Below are positions 62,957-64,000 of a stretch of 64,000 nucleotides of DNA, piece after piece. Under the pieces are notes generated by a model. It searched no databases. It was not told where the DNA came from and worked only from the letters and a program-made list of their open reading frames with translations. Positions within the stretch are counted from its first letter, which is position 1. Each line of letters begins with the position of its first letter. Origin of the DNA: Eledone cirrhosa (lineage: Eukaryota); contig OZ024740.1 of the NCBI GenBank assembly GCA_964016885.1, positions 42,036,001-42,100,000 on the forward strand, read 5' to 3'. Made by a program: the position numbers and the translations under genes.

Positions 62957-64000
62957 TAACGAAGGAAATGTGGTAAGGAACCAGGTGGACCATAACGCAC
63001 CAAAGTACTCAATACTTGAGGTAGTAGAGTGGGTAATAGGAACCAGTAAGACCCCGACAGCTGAGCTCAAGCCGTTTCGACGGCTAATTCTGGACTAAAT
63101 GAAAATTTATCCTGGTATTTAAATAGCCGATCTTCTCAAGGGGTAATTCCATATATGGTCAAAGTGATTGTCAAAAATCAGTAGTAATTCTATGGTTGCA
63201 AATTAGTAGGGGAGATGGTGGCTAAACCTGCCAGTAGGAGAAAGAGGGGAGGGGGTGGAGTAGCTCCAATCAAGCGTTTGTAGTGCCAGCTACAGCTGGG
63301 CATGAGGTCAAAGAAGATACAGGGGAGGGGGAGGGGGAGGAAGTCGGAACGGTAGGTAGAACAATGGGGGGTAGAAATATATAGGAAAGAAAAAATACGT
63401 GTAAAGAAAAACATATGAGTGTAAAGAAAAAAGTAAAGTAAATTAAATTCTACGACCTAGGTCTCTAGCTAATGTTAGTCTAGAATAAATAAATAAATAA
63501 AGAAAGAAAGAAGTAAAGAAAGAAATAAAGAAATAACGAAATAAGTAAAAGAACTAGGTGGGACGGAATAGGCGAGGACCCTTTTAAGAGGTATAAGTAC
63601 GTAAATGATACGGTGACGGGTCAACAAAAGGGGCCAAAATACTAAAGAGACTACCACGAAATAAACAATAAAGGTTTCCATCCCGGGCACAATTCCAGCA
63701 ACCACCCAGTGCCGCAAAGTGAACTAATACGAGATAATAATTCTGAGTCCCGGGAAAAATATATACTAATGCTAACTCTAAAAGATCTAAAACAAGCTAC
63801 ATGAAAGTTCGTACGAAGTAAAGGTAGAATACGGAAGAATAAATTCAGAATCCACCCCGCCCAAAAGAAAAGCGAAGAAAGAAATACTGAAACGAAAAAA
63901 TAAGGCATAAGTGCCACTAAGAAATATAGAGGGCACAGAGAATGGTGGGAGCGGTCGGAAAAAGGGGACAAGTATCCGGGGTCTAAACCAACTGCTATAT
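62957..64000 (-). mobile_element. PLE pLTR/3' region running out of the window
   Basis: Homologous to the 2217/3893 arms and 28571-28653; begins at (TA)n; contains an HHR. Confidence 0.75.
63051..63144 (-). ncRNA. Type I hammerhead with U3-A8 core (UUGAGAA)
   Basis: acccc-TTGAGAA-ga(t)cggcta...tagccgtc-GAAA-cggct.tgagctc.agctg-tc-ggggt. Confidence 0.75.

Overview
Eukaryotic, gene-free, repeat-saturated DNA. The repeat content suggests a cephalopod such as Octopus, which is an inference. No host gene is supportable, and most ORFs in the track are (TA)n/(CA)n artefacts. The window has two retroelement-on-microsatellite systems. (1) Many Penelope-like elements (PLEs): Naiad-type with LYRDD RT plus GIY-YIG, a Nematis-like element and a Neptune-like fragment. 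Almost all sit in (TA)n, mostly with a tail-outward inverted-pseudo-LTR (pLTR) architecture that scales from 4.7 kb down to ~80 bp fold-backs. Their 3' ends carry about ten sequence-distinct hammerhead ribozyme (HHR) motifs, two of which have a non-canonical compensatory U3-A8 core (UUGAGAA, UUGAAAA). (2) A head-to-tail array of Tx1-clade LINEs (34.3-47.8 kb) in which every junction is (CTAT)n, suggesting targeting of that microsatellite. Also present are RTE and CR1/L2 fragments, tRNA-derived SINEs, a deleted Tc1/mariner element, minisatellites and multi-kb degenerate TA arrays. All folds and alignments were done by eye.
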